A stretch of DNA of 64,000 bases from Octopus sinensis (taxonomy: Eukaryota): assembly GCF_006345805.1 (NCBI RefSeq), contig NC_042999.1, positions 82,336,001-82,400,000 on the forward strand, given 5' to 3'. A program made the position numbers and the translations under genes. The notes below the pieces were generated by a model. It worked only from the letters and a program-made list of their open reading frames with translations, did no database searches and was not told the origin of the DNA. Positions within the stretch are counted from its first letter, which is position 1. Every line of letters starts with the position of its first letter. Of the stretch, positions 37,491 to 51,037 are shown piece by piece.

Positions 37491-39498
37491 GAATGCTGTC
37501 AAACTTAGAACCGACAAAAACCTTCGAATAAATTTAGAATAAAATTTGTTTTTTACGAAGAAAAATTAAATATAAATATTTGTCTTCCTGCATAGGGCTA
37601 ATGGATAAAAACCATGTAATAATATTAATCCAATTCCTTGTACAACAGAAGGTGTTATTACCCGCACAACTTCAGGTCGAATAAAAGAAAAGAAAATATT
37701 CTGCATAATACCTTCTTTTGTTTTGATTAATAAAACTGAAAATTTTTGCACATAGGCTTCTACGCATAAAACATTATCTAACTTTTTAAAATTCTTGGGA
37801 AAACATTTCTCCAGGAATAAACAAGTGGGAAGAAAAATACGTTAGTTCTTGCTAAATGCAAAAGTAATAATTATTGTTTCCAACACAGGCACACAGCTAA
37901 ATACGCTGCAGGAGGAGTATAAGCCGATTAAATTGTCCCGTTCTTCGCTTGTGTTTCAATAAAACACAAAGTTATCTACCATTGGGGAATAAAAGGGCTA
38001 AGCTGACCTCAATAGAAATTGTAATCTTTATGCAATGCACCAGCTCGGTATATGCTTTCACTTCGACTTCAATTTTTACTATTTTAAAGATTTTAACAAA
38101 ACTAGTCAACAGTATATTATTCGTTAGGGTTCATGACTTCTTGCCAATGTTCCACTACCGTGTCAATGCCTTGACAGAATAAATCACCGGATCTTCACCA
38201 ATAGAAGATATAGCATACATTGGCTAGGGTTGCCTGCACTTGCTTTTTCGAGGACACAAGTAGAACTACAGAATCTATGGATCAGCAGCGAAAAGTTATT
38301 TACTATCAACTACATTATTACATAATGGAGGTATGGATGCTCAGCCATACCTCCATTATGGTATGTATACACACATACCATAATATTAAGTTATTTCCAG
38401 CGAAAAAATGAATACTAGAAACAGTTTCTCAGGGTATTTTTCAACGTGAACCGTCCATGTCACCACTTGGTGAAATGCGTGTTGCTATTGCCTCAAGGTG
38501 AAGAAAGTGACTGTGTTTGCATGTACGTATTTTCAGTATTATTAGTTTTCATGGTTCTGTTGTTATTGCTATCGTTATTTGCGATATCATAGCGAATGTC
38601 TATTTGAACGACAGTGTATTGTCTCTCATAAAAATCATATTTTTTCTCTTGTAAAAGATATTTATTATGTTGAAGAATTAACTGTGTCAAATGTTGTTTA
38701 AATTTTATTTTATTATGTCTGCAAAAAACGTTTTTCTTACATTTGGAACGTTTTGAGGGGAGGTGTTTTTAAAAGCTATAGCCGTCTTGTTTTTTATTAT
38801 TTTTTTGTGGGAGTTATGTTTGTGTGTGTTTGTGCATGTAGTGTGTTTTTGTTTGTGTGTGTGTGCGCGCGCATGCGTGTGTGAGAGAGAGCGAGTCGTA
38901 AAAATAAAAACGAAAATGTTTCCCCTAAAATTAAAGTCGTTTTTTGCCTGACAGGGAAGTTTTAATGCTTTCGCGAAATACAAACAAAAAAGAAAAACAA
39001 TAATAGTAATAATATATTCAGTTTATTTGCCAAAAGAACCTAAACATTCATTAAAACAACGCGTCAGAAAAAAAGTTACTAATGAGCGACAGTGCACACA
39101 TGTCATTATATAAAAATTAGTGATAGATTTTATGGTGTGTTATTAAGACAATAAACACTGGTAAATTACGAAAATAAATAAAACAAAATAAACCATACAT
39201 GCATATATGCATGAATGTGTGTGTGTGCGTATATATATATATATAGTATATAGTATATAAGAGGGTCGAAAGAACTTCCTGTCGCATAGCAAGATGGGAA
39301 TGAGACAATTGATATATTTAATCCAGATAATATTATCTCCTGTTATTCAGAACATAATCTGATCTATTTGGCAACGTGTTAATCTCTGAGGCATAAAATC
39401 ATCTAGGTTTCGAATCAAAGAAATGCTTAATATCATTTCCAAACACTTCAAAATTGATAAACTATTTTCCATCTAACTAATGATTTGAAAATGTGATA

Positions 39499-40720
39499 GA
39501 GGAGAGTCAGGAGATTATGAAGATGAAGTAAAACTCATGAGATGGCAGCACACGGTTGCGTGCGCAGTGAGAGCAAGTAGTGACCTTCATGAAGCTGTGT
39601 ACCGTGGGATATCGCAGTGTTTACTTCGCAAGTTGTAAAATTTGTGTTTTTGTGATCACGTGTATGCTGCAGTTTGCGATTTTGACATGGACTGGAAGCA
39701 GGAACAAAGAGCCACCATGAAATTTTTCGTTAATCTTGGGAAGTCTGCTACAAAGACATTGATCATGCTTCGACAAGCTTACGGTAACAAGGAAATGGGT
39801 AGTACGTTGACTGGTGGTCTTATTGCGCGCGAGAAACTGACGAGTAAGGAGGGCTCGACGACAGGATGCAGTATCGTCGTGAAGTATTCAATTCCTTGCA
39901 CTTCACAACTCTGGTCGCTTTTGCCGAATATCTTCCCTCAAACGCTCCAAATCGCCGTAGTAGAACTCTCCATTGACGGTCTGGCCTTGGGTGACGAATT
40001 CGCGATACACAATCTTACGGATGTCGAAAACAACGATAAGCATACTCCTGTGCTTCGGCTCTATCTTGCCTTTTTCGATCGTGGAGATGAAGTCTTCTAC
40101 CATTATCACGACTACTAACTCGCCTCAGGGTCATAGTCATAGATCGAACTCTCGTCACCAGTGATGATCTTTGATATGAAGGATGGGTCATTAGCAGCAC
40201 GTTGACGGAGCTCTTGACAGACTTCAACGCGATGTCCTTTCCGCTCAGTGGTCAGCAGGTGGGAAATAAACTTGGAAGAGACATGCCGCATGCTTATTTC
40301 AAACTTTAGGATTGCCTTCAAGGGCCCATACGATAGACCAACATCAATACTGTCGTTGACTGACCTCCGTCAATCCTCATGCATATTCGTAAGTGATGCT
40401 CGTAGCAGGTCTTCCAGATAGCTCATCGTCTTTCAGGGAGGTTCTTCCACTTTCGAAGTGCCCTTGCCACTTAAAACATTGTGTACGACCCATCGCTTCG
40501 TCGTTTTAAGTTTGCCGAAGCATGATCAATGTCTTTATAGCCGACTTCCGAAGTTTAACACAAAATTTCACGTTGGCTCTTTCTTCCAACTTCCTGTCCA
40601 TGACAAAATCGCAAAATTACGGCATACACGTGATCACAAAAATTTTACAACTAGCGAAGTAAACACAGTGATGTCACTCGGCACACTGCCTCGTGAAGGT
40701 CACTGTTAGCTCTCACTGCG
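39499..40720. mobile_element. Composite of two copies of a third mariner family joined tail-to-tail
   Basis: 39499-39806 (+) encodes MDWKQEQRATMKFFVNLGKSATKTLIMLRQAYG. 39807-40720 (-) has the same 5' UTR and N-terminus, plus IITGDESSIYDYDPE and ILHDD, and ends before YSPDL. Confidence 0.85.
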
Positions 40721-40737
40721 TGTGTGTGTGAATGTGT

Positions 40738-40804
<67 letters not shown>

Positions 40805-41577
40805 AGTGTCTGTACGATGGCTTATACCATTTATGAAATTCATTCAAAAAGCATTAGCCAGGCCGGGGTTGTAGTAGAAGACTCTTGTCCAAGGTGTTGC
40901 GCTGTGAGACCGAACCCTAAAGTACGTGGCTGCAAAGTGAGTTCCTTAACTATACGGTCATGCTTCCGCTTATATATTCTTCATTACAAAGTTTTAAAAT
41001 TCTTTAAAAGTTGTAGTGAATGTAATGGTGGCTACCGCGTTTGTGACTGTCACCCCTGACTGCTAACACAAAAGAATATGCTATATTATTAAAACACACG
41101 TAAAAGAAGTTTTTTCCACGTATATCTGTTTGTCCTTTAGTTATTTTTTACACTGTGCAAATAAATTTTCTATAATTTAAGGTGAGGGCGACGCGTATTT
41201 TTTTTTCTTTCGTGTTAGTGCTACCACTAACTTGGTGATCTTCTTTCCACTCGCTACATTAATACAAATGGCTCTGTCAAATAGTGTAACGAAAACAAGT
41301 GAAGAAAACATTATTTAAAATGTCCTTCCTGCCTTGTCTCCTCCACAAAAAAATACATACATATATATATAGAAATATGAAAAAAATAAATAAAAATGTA
41401 GAACCGACTCTCACCTTCTTTTTGTAATAGATTCACACTTTACGACACAGAAAATAATATAATTCAATTTACAAAATAACCCAATGTTTTTTTTTTTATT
41501 TTATTTATTTTGTTCTGAAATATACACAGTGCTAAAAAGACACGACTTCTCGGCTTAAAACAGAATAATAATATTCA

Positions 41578-41799
41578 TAATTTCAAATTTTGGCACCAAG
41601 GCCAGTAACCTCGGTGTGAGATGAAGGGTCAAGTCGATTATAGTGATCCCAGTAATCACCTGCTACTTAATTTATCGACCCCGAAAGGATGAAAGACAAA
41701 GTCGACCCCGATGGAATTTGAACACAGAATGTAAAGACGGACGAAATACTGCTAAGCATTTTGCCCGGGGTGCTAACGATTCTACCAGCTCGCTGCCTT
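41578..41799 (-). mobile_element. SINE family A
   Basis: Reverse complement starts AAGGCAGCGAGCTGGTAGAATCG and carries the B-box. Confidence 0.85.
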
Positions 41800-42229
41800 A
41801 ATAATAATAATAATAATAATAATATAATAATAATAATAATAATAATAATGCTGATGATGATGATGATGATGATGAGGATGATGATGATTTCGTCTATTTG
41901 CCACCAAATGGGAAAATATAAAACAGACATACAGTATGGGGGTTAACATATAATGAAATGATAAAAATAAATAAGGAAAAAAATAAGTATAGACTGTATA
42001 CAACGAAAAGGAAGGGAAATATACATAGTATACAAAGGCTTAAAAGAAAAGGAAAAAAGAGGGAATATAGTGATGTAGTCTCCCTGATACAGGATGACTG
42101 CTAGGGATAATCAAGAAACTCCACTATCCAAGTTCTTCCTGAATACCAAGGGCAAGTGCCCATTCCAATTCCCTTTCTCCGACTCTCAGATCTACACCTA
42201 AAGAGGTAGCATGCACTCTTTCAATTTTT

Positions 42230-42900
42230 CGCAACTTTCATTCACCCTTCAGTAAACTCACTCGAGGACAGCTCTTCTCTCTCCACCCTCAATTTCATTT
42301 TCAAGTGCAACTTGAAGTCCATTAGACCTATATCAAAGAGGAATGTATCTGTTCTCATGTCTTTCGGTCTTGTCCACCAGCCACAAGGGAAAAGAAAACT
42401 GCCTTGCCTGCCTGATTAAAGAAGGGCGGTGTGGAAATCATCACTAGGGATTCGGCCGATAGACGGATACGTCCCACAGGTGATAGCAGCTGTTTGATAT
42501 AGCACCACAAGTCAGCAAGACCCGGGCACTGAACGAGGGCGTGCAGAACGATTTCGTCACTCTGTGCGCACCTCGGACTAGCCAGTCTGATAGCAAATCC
42601 GTGTCTATAGAGTTTATTTCGAACCCGTAACGTCCCCCCCACTACCACCATCACCAAGTAACACTGTTAGGCCAAGGACATCTGGAAATTATCCATGCTA
42701 GTCCCTGACAGGAAAGTCCTCCGGAACAGACTTTTCGTCGATGTCTAGAGCTTCCTCGAAAGCGTCCTGACACTTCCCCGCCACTAATTCTCTATAAATT
42801 GCTAAGGTGGAACATCCACTAATCTCACTGCCCGACTGGTAGAGGGCTCTGCGCGCCAACAATTGAGGATACCACAAGGCATTTATCCGAAGCTCTAACG
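42230..42900 (-). pseudogene. L1/Tx1-clade LINE ORF2 C-terminal relic
   Basis: SPRCAQSDEIVLHALVQCPGLADLW resembles the CCHC zinc knuckle that follows RT in Tx1/L1. Confidence 0.75.
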
Positions 42901-42943
42901 ATTATAACAATTCACCGTCAATCTGCCAGTCTAATAATAATGA

Positions 42944-42945
<2 letters not shown>

Positions 42946-42997
<52 letters not shown>

Positions 42998-43020
42998 CAG
43001 CAGCAGTAGTAGTAGTAGTT

Positions 43021-43079
<59 letters not shown>

Positions 43080-43080
43080 T
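42946..43080. repeat. (TAG)n/(CAG)n microsatellite
   Basis: Direct reading. Confidence 0.95.
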
Positions 43081-44048
43081 TGGGACTCACAAAGAGAATA
43101 TGTAAATACAATATTGTTTGGAGCTTTTCTACAATACCGACGAAAATGAGACGGTGTAAATATATACTGGCAAAGCTAAGAAAACGAGAAAGCGACTATA
43201 CGCTGGATTAGGATATTTTCACACAGTGGGATTACAGGAAATCTGTCGGGTATAATTGTGAAGAACTATCTTCAGAGGACGATTCTCTTGTTAGAAGTAT
43301 CAGCCCCAGCAGACGATACTGTATGTGTCGAATAAAAGATAAACAAAAAATTTATAATAATGGGTACTTAGATAAAAAAAATTTTCGAAAAGCTTTTGGC
43401 AAATATATAGTTAAAACTCTAGGACACTGAATTTTGTTTAAATTTGCTCGATGTTTGATTTTACACACTCTACACAACTGTTATCAAATAATACAAACCC
43501 TACAGCGCACAATCTAACTTAATCACCACCAAATAAAAAGTATAACGTACGCTTCCATATTTGACACCTGACACTATATATATATATACAGTTTTCTCAC
43601 CACCAAATCGCACATCTTATATCCTGTATATTTCACAAAATACACAGTATAGATGTACTTGACAGCGCCCATTTTTAGTACAATATAATAAAAAAAATCT
43701 CTGCTCTTACCGAAGCACTCAAAGTTCTGATAGGTTATGTAGAAAAAGCATGCAATAGTAATATCGTAGAAATCATAGCATTTTGTTATTATCGATGTGT
43801 TGAATACAGGATACAACAAAGAGCAATAGCAAAGTGATCCGATTGCATGTCAAGAATGGAAAATAGGCATGAAAATAGAAGCCTGTGATGAAAGAAAATT
43901 AAAATATATGAACTGAGAAATGCTTTCAAATAGAGGACAGGCAACGAAAGTTAATCAGAGAATTGCACAAATCCCAGATTAACCTTAATGCAAATGTAAT
44001 GAACTTTCTGATAAGTTTGAACCATCTCCAGCCACAGAAAACTCTTAC

Positions 44049-44114
44049 TTTCAAAATATTTGCCAGAAAGTAATAGTTTCATCTCTATTCGTCGACTCTC
44101 GTTCTAAATAAAAG
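44049..44114 (-). other. Weak 66-nt exon candidate with strong splice signals
   Basis: Acceptor TTTTTGTTTCTCTTTGGCCAATTTGCTTTCAG and donor GTAAGAGT. It is only open from an internal ATG (MKLLLSGKYFE). Confidence 0.2.
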
Positions 44115-44342
44115 CTGAAAGCAAATTGGCCAAAGAGAAACAAAAACTGAACTCTGTCCATTCTTTTGTCTCTAACCCTCTACCACTTATATCATAACCA
44201 CCGGAAAGAGAACTATTTCCAGCCCTTAATATCTATCGGAAAGCCGTTTTCTACACATCGCAACAGATCAATACAACTCCATAAATTGCCAGTCTTCTAA
44301 TAGTGAAGCAGTTCTTGGAAAGGTATTTTGCCTATCCGATAC

Positions 44343-44420
44343 CAATTCCGTTTCTGTGAAATTTAGGATGTTCCTCCTCCTCTGGCACTTCTATACTAGG
44401 GGATTTAAGGGGACTCTGAT
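44343..44420 (-). other. Weak 78-nt phase 1-1 exon candidate
   Basis: GGTTTTCAG|...|GTATCG, giving peptide DQSPLKSPSIEVPEEEEHPKFHRNGI. No homolog recognised. Confidence 0.2.
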
Positions 44421-45157
44421 CTGAAAACCATCCGGAACAGACTGCAGTTTTGATCCGTATGGTCACAAAGCACATATATCACACATATTCACTACTAACT
44501 CTGAAAATACAATGACTAACGTTTAACTTTCCCCCACTGCTAGACATGTATGAGAATGTCTGCCTGCAAGCCAAATGTCAAACACCTTATCTTTTAATAT
44601 GTTTTACAAAAAGATGGGCTGTGAACGATAACCATAAATTTTGTTCCAGAAAATTCTATATCCATGGCGTATACTTATACAACGTCAGCCAGAGTATCAT
44701 AAAACCTCCGCTCAGTAGTTGTTGGCAACTGTTGTACCTACTTATTAAAGGTGCCTTTATTTGCCACTTTTGGTAGCAAGGGATAAAATATATTTAAATT
44801 CACTCGTGAATACAAAACATTTAGGGGGAAAATCAATAACAAATTCTCTCTCGCCGTTGTCATATTCAATTCCTCCATTTATATGACCATCAAGAGTTTG
44901 TTTCACTAGCGTGGCAAATATTAACGAGTTTTCAACAAAAGCCAATCAAATGAATCTCTTTCATATTTTATTCATCATACCGTCAATCAACACGGACATT
45001 AGAATGAAGATATGTTCAAAAAACCGCCCCAAACAATAGTCACAATAGTCACTTAGACTACTTTCACACCTTGTCATTAGTTTGGCGTCAATAAGTTCAG
45101 AATGTTCAACCTTGGTACATTCAATTGCGCTATTGTTATAGTAGTGATTTAAGATGT

Positions 45158-45191
<34 letters not shown>

Positions 45192-45257
45192 TAATGTGTG
45201 CGTGTATACACATATGCATACACACACAAACACACACCCACACCCACGCACACACAT

Positions 45258-45288
<31 letters not shown>

Positions 45289-46029
45289 AGCCTCTAGGTA
45301 TCCTACTTAATGTAATTACATCGGTGAAAGGCAACCTTACTGCGGTATTTGTCAAGAAGTGATGCCTTTTATAAACCTGTTGTGTTTATAAATACAGTAT
45401 ATATAGGAGGAAGCCGAAAATTACACAGGAGTGGTTAGCGGGGGTACTAGATGCATATCGACTACCTTGGCTTTTGGCAATGGCCTGCACTTGCAGCCAG
45501 TCAGGTGCTTAGACATGAATTGTCGCTTCTGGATACATAGGAGGAAAGTGAATAAACCTTCACTAATGTTGTTAAAAGCTACCCGGCTGAATATAAATTC
45601 ATTTAATGCAGTGGAAACAGTATCAGATTAAAATAGTCATCTACGTATCATACTTAATGTAAAGATATCTTTGAAAGACAATTGTCCTGAGATAAAACCT
45701 TTTAACAGATTTGCAAATTTTCACACCTTTAATGCTTCTGTCAATGTTCTGATGAAAAATTAAACTCCGATACATGAAGTCAGTATCTCTTTCTATTAAA
45801 GTGTTAAGCTAATCCTACATTTGCTAATCGTTATTCTCTCTGTATATCCTTTTTGTGTTCTTTGTACCTACAACATGTATGTATGAATGTTTAGACACAC
45901 ATACACGCACATATCGATAGATTAAGAGAAGTACGCTTAATGAGTATATTTATATGGAATACGAGGTAAAGAGTACGAAGTAAGGAATGCGAAACAAACT
46001 AAAGGAATTAGAATCGTGGGATAGTGTTA

Positions 46030-47200
46030 TCTTGACAGCTGTTTCGGGTGAACTATGACTTGTACTGTAGCTACATAATAAAGACGCATAATGTCGTAGG
46101 CGTATCGAATACCACATGTTGTAATGGAACCATTAAGCAAAGCCAACTCACCCTCAACGGAAAAATATGGTTATAAGCGTATTTGATAGCAATATTTACA
46201 AATATATAGATTTAAACGGTGTAATGGCGACAAAAAACTAGAGGGAGTGATGGGAAGGGGGAGGGATGGGGTAACTAAAAAGGAATTAATACTATGAAAG
46301 CCTCAGTTGATAATTAGAGAAAATACAGATAAATACATTATAAGGGAAGGGCAAGATTATGGTGAGATTTGTCATAGAGAGGTCTGTTAAGGTATGGACA
46401 ATAGACAATAGATGGAAATGTTTGGTGGTAGATAATAAATCTCAGTAATATAGATTATTAGATTCTAAGGAAAACAAATGGTGCTAAGAATATGGTGAGC
46501 ACACAAGGGTAGAGGTCTGCAGAGTGGAGAACGATACACAGCGCGCAGTTAAGAGAGGGAAGAAAAGTTTAAATGTGTGAGAATTATGATATTGTATTAC
46601 AGTTGTTAGAGGCAAGGATTAAAACTAAAAACAAATAGAGAAAGAAACGGGACGATGTAAGCTAGTGAGAGATAGTTTGTATGGAAATTACGTCTGAGAA
46701 GCGATTTAGCAAGGAGACGTCCTCGTTGCGTAATATAGTAAATGATTAACGGCAGCATAATTGACAGGGTCATCGATTTCCTGTGGAGGGATTTCCACCA
46801 CAAACTATGAAATAAAGCAGGTGATAGGGTATGCCCTCGGCTTGGAAATGGTGTATGAGAGTGACGAGGGAGATGGAAAGTTTCTGGGCTCTGGTAGAGA
46901 AGAGCTCAGATATGCAAGATAATCTCGCTTAAAATCAAAACGTAATACCAATGTAAGCCCTGATGAAGTGGGTCTATGGGGTGGTGACAATAAATTATGT
47001 ACAACATTACGGTCCAGGTAGCTGCCACTCAAATAAAAGGTAGCAGGTACTCTTAAATTGCACGTTTCTTTATAGCGGGTTGAAGGTGGCCCATTATTAG
47101 CCCTGTTGATGGAACCAGGAGTTTTAGCGTCACTGTTATTAAGATGGGGAGGATTAGTAAATTTAGGAAGTTGGAAATGAGGTATACTGCAGACAAAAGC
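46030..47200 (-). mobile_element. Decayed Penelope-like element: GIY-YIG relic followed by pLTR with the 3' half of a hammerhead at 46030-46048
   Basis: Minus fragments RNVVHNL, AYIGIT and HHFQ are present. Downstream on the same strand is CCC-GAAAC-AGCT-GTC-AAGA, with the palindrome ACAGCTGT. Confidence 0.45.
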
Positions 47201-47990
47201 ACTTAATTTATGACACTTGGCATTAACGGTATATGCTCGAGGCTTACGGTTCGTTGTATTACTAGGATAGGCACTATGATAATCAATAGTAATATTAGTG
47301 TCAATAAAAACATTATAGGTATTGATAGATATAATAGTAGTTATTGGAAACGTGATACAATACTTGGCGTTGGTATTTAGTCACCTCACTTAAAACAAGA
47401 TAATACCGATCTTAGTAGTCATCTATCTTGTTTAGTATGTTTAATATTGTCATACGTCATATTACAGATAAAGTTGGTAACATACATTTTGCGCTGTGGG
47501 TGATATCAAGTAATATTACATCCGTAATTAATTTATGTTATTCATATTGATAACATATTTATTGTAAACATACAAACCAGAATGTGTTTTATTTACTTTA
47601 TTTTAAACGATAAATATTTCTAGGTTGAAAAATCAGTATTAATTTCAATGTTTTATGAAAGAAAAAAAAATGCAAGCAAATTTCCAAAAGAAAATTGTAA
47701 TTACTGAACGTATAAATATTGTTATTAGCCACAATGGTAAAATTGTATTCCCCTACATATATATCCACGCGCAACTCTCATTCGCGCACACACTCACAAC
47801 ATATCACAGGCACACATAAATATAAATGTCTGCTTCAATGCAGAAATAGAAATCATAAATCTTTTATTGCTATGAGAGACACCCAAAAAGAGTACATCAA
47901 AATGTGTATGCAGCGTACTTTAAATTATGCTTTGATTCTAATATTGCTCTGTTTCAATACCTGAACTTGTTTCTGAAATGTATCCATACG

Positions 47991-48070
<80 letters not shown>

Positions 48071-48959
48071 TATCTGTATGTCTGTCTGTCTGTGTGCGCA
48101 TGCGTGTGTAAAAAACTTATAAAGTAAAATTAGAAGAGAGGAAAACATATAATCCATGAATTTTTTTCCCTTTTGCCACCATGCAAACTTTTATTTCTTT
48201 CCTATCTCTATTGCAACAAGTCCACTAAATTTACCCACTTTGGGGGAAATAATTATTTATCTCAAAGAAAATGTCCAGCAAACGATTCGTAAAACCCACA
48301 ATGGAATACTGTTCTTTCAACTGGTATGCTGCTATAGTGCACACACAAATATCCAAAGAAGACAGCCTGGCTAATTTTCTTGCAAAATCTCCACGCTGCA
48401 CACAAGTACCGTCTTCTCTCCACACAGTTTATTTCTACTTTTGAATAACTAGTGATGCAACAGAATAGAGATGTGGCAGCTGCGTAGAATCCAACTGCCT
48501 ACTCGAGACACCTATACCTCCTTCTCTCAACATTCCTATTTTGTGTCAGCACCTTTACTCCACTCTAACAACTCGACCAAAGCGTTGTCCTCGGAAAATT
48601 GAGCTTTTAAAATGCTTTGTGAATCTGAGATTGTAACAGCAGACTTTTCCTCAACAGTTCTGGTGTATTTATGACATTTGTACTCAGCGCATGATCACAG
48701 ATCACTCTCCTTACCAAACCATAGAAGACAAAATCATTGAATAAACTCGAGGAAATAACTAAAATAAGCCAATGTTGTCAATTTGGATAAAATAGGTAAA
48801 GAATGATGTACTGAATGTTGTATATCAATTAAATGTGATTTCTTTCTTAGTTGAAGAAAAAATGTATGGGAAGTGTTATCGACTCTTCAAGAAATATGAA
48901 GAATATTTCGAGAAACTGTGATACTGTATTTTATAGCAGTTAACTCTCTTCTTAGGGAC

Positions 48960-49680
48960 AGATAATTCTGATCTTTTACATGAAAAGTAAACTGCGAACA
49001 TGTTTCGGTGTATTACACATCATCAGCATATTCACTCCATTTTACGCCATCATGAATAATTGTATATCCCCGCACAATGTTTCTACATAGCCGTTCACCC
49101 TCTACTGAGCTTACCATTCCTTATGTTAAGGTTGGTTTGTATTTCTCTTGCAGAACTTCTTGCCACCATATTCATCAGGTTAGTTTTGTGAGGGTGGCAG
49201 TGTAGTCATTAACAACCATAGTTTGTAACAGTGTATATGTGATCCAGTTTAATTGCCACAATACAGTCATATAACAAATACATATGTATGATTAGGTATG
49301 CGTGGATGTGAAGATTCAACAGAATTATATGAAAGCTATTCATGCTTTCTGTCTTGCATAAGCGCTCTTTAACCAAAGTTATTAAATCAGAACGCATGAC
49401 TTTATTATTAATTTCACTGATAGTTTTTCCTTTACATAGTTTTTCCTTTACACAGTACATCAGCAAATGGACACAACACTATTTGATTATCAGTCCCAGA
49501 CCAGCAATTCACTAGGTTTCGAAGTGAGACGAATACTTGGTATTGAGGAGTCACAATAATGGCGAAACATTAGTATCTACCATTCTCGGACATTTGAGGC
49601 AAGTTATCTCACTTGGTCTGGGATATTCGGTGTTCCTTAACAATCGGCGTCGTGTAGGGAATTTTCAATATTCATTGTCC
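48960..49680 (-). mobile_element. Decayed Penelope-like 3' end: endonuclease relic plus pLTR
   Basis: Minus fragment EKYKPTLT* near 49120 resembles the K.KP.LN end of Penelope EN. A hammerhead motif follows within about 100 bp. Confidence 0.5.
48991..49031 (-). ncRNA. Minimal hammerhead motif with canonical core
   Basis: ATATG-CTGATGA-T-GTG-TAATA-CAC-C-GAAAC-AT-GTT-CGCAG, with palindromic ACATGT helix III. Stem I and the base of stem II are mismatched. Confidence 0.6.
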
Positions 49681-49785
49681 CGCAGCAAATGGACGTAAAA
49701 TCAAAACGGTGTGTATGTGCGACCGACAATATTAACATTAATACACACACACACGCATATATATTTATATCTATATCCATATATC

Positions 49786-49864
<79 letters not shown>

Positions 49865-49866
<2 letters not shown>

Positions 49867-50774
49867 AAATTGAGGGAGTGGATCAGATAAAGTCCTTTGA
49901 AATTATATCTTCGGCGAATTAACTTGCAATTATTTAACGACAATGTAACTATAATTTAGGTATCTTCGACTTAGAGAGGAGCTAGCTGACTACCCAGAGT
50001 AACTGAGTAATTGTTACATCAGAGGATCTACTAGCTAACAAACATACGTAGCGTAGATTTTACCTGCTCCACTCCATCAATCTGGATTTTTATTTGCAGT
50101 CACAGCAACTCGAATTACAAACCATGAGCTATGAAAACATTTTTCAGCTTATTGAACTTCTATATCGGGAAAGCGTACAACTTACGACGTCAATTAATTA
50201 TTATTGTTCCTGAACGTTGTTTTGTATAACTGCTCAAAACTTACACACGTTCAAAAAACTGTTCAAAATTTCCACACGTTCTACACTTGGATCCTCGGAT
50301 CTTATATATATATATATATAATATATATATATATATATCCAAATTGAGGGAGTGGATCAGATAAAGTCCTTTGAAATTATATCTTCGGCGAATTAACTTG
50401 CAATTATTTAACGACAATGTAACTATAATTTAGGTATCTTCGACTTAGAGAGGAGCTAGCTGACTACCCAGAGTAACTGAGTAATTGTTACATCAGAGGA
50501 TCTACTAGCTAACAAACATACGTAGCGTAGATTTTACCTGCTCCACTCCATCAATCTGGATTTTTATTTGCAGTCACAGCAACTCGAATTACAAACCATG
50601 AGCTATGAAAACATTTTTCAGCTTATTGAACTTCTATATCGGGAAAGCGTACAACTTACGACGTCAATTAATTATTATTGTTCCTGAACGTTGTTTTGTA
50701 TAACTGCTCAAAACTTACACACGTTCAAAAAACTGTTCAAAATTTCCACACGTTCTACACTTGGATCCTCGGAT

Positions 50775-50777
<3 letters not shown>
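49865..50777. repeat. Apparently identical tandem duplication, period 474 bp, bounded by (AT)n
   Basis: 49865-50303 equals 50339-50777 by eye, with an (AT)n tract before, between and after. Confidence 0.92.
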
Positions 50778-50806
<29 letters not shown>

Positions 50807-50810
<4 letters not shown>

Positions 50811-51006
50811 ATCCAAACAAGAAAACACAAAAAAACAAAAAAAACACAACAACGCGAGGACGTGGAACAAATAAAGTATTATTGGACGCTCAGGAAAGAA
50901 GGGAAGAAGGAGGGTTTAACGTTTCGAGCGGAGATCTTCGTCGGAAACACAGGAGAAGGAAAGATACCGAGAAGGGAAGACGGAGGAAAAAAAATCACCA
51001 GCGGTT
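50807..51006 (-). mobile_element. Penelope pLTR-like short repeat with a hammerhead-like motif at 50914-50948
   Basis: Minus strand reads GTTT-CCGACGA-A-GATC-TCC-GCTC-GAAAC-GTT-AAAC, with palindromic ACGT. Confidence 0.6.
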
Positions 51007-51037
51007 ATATACACACACACACATACACACACAGAAT

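Noticed and set aside
48231-48425. Minus ORF with faint similarity to the hAT dimerisation motif (LARL...S.PVER..FS)
   Set aside because: It needs a frameshift to assemble the motif, and no TIRs or other transposase motifs are visible.
49535-49575. TTGAGGA-GTCA-CAATAA-TGGC-GAAAC-ATT on the plus strand as another hammerhead
   Set aside because: Stem I does not pair in register, and it lies antisense to the surrounding Penelope relic.
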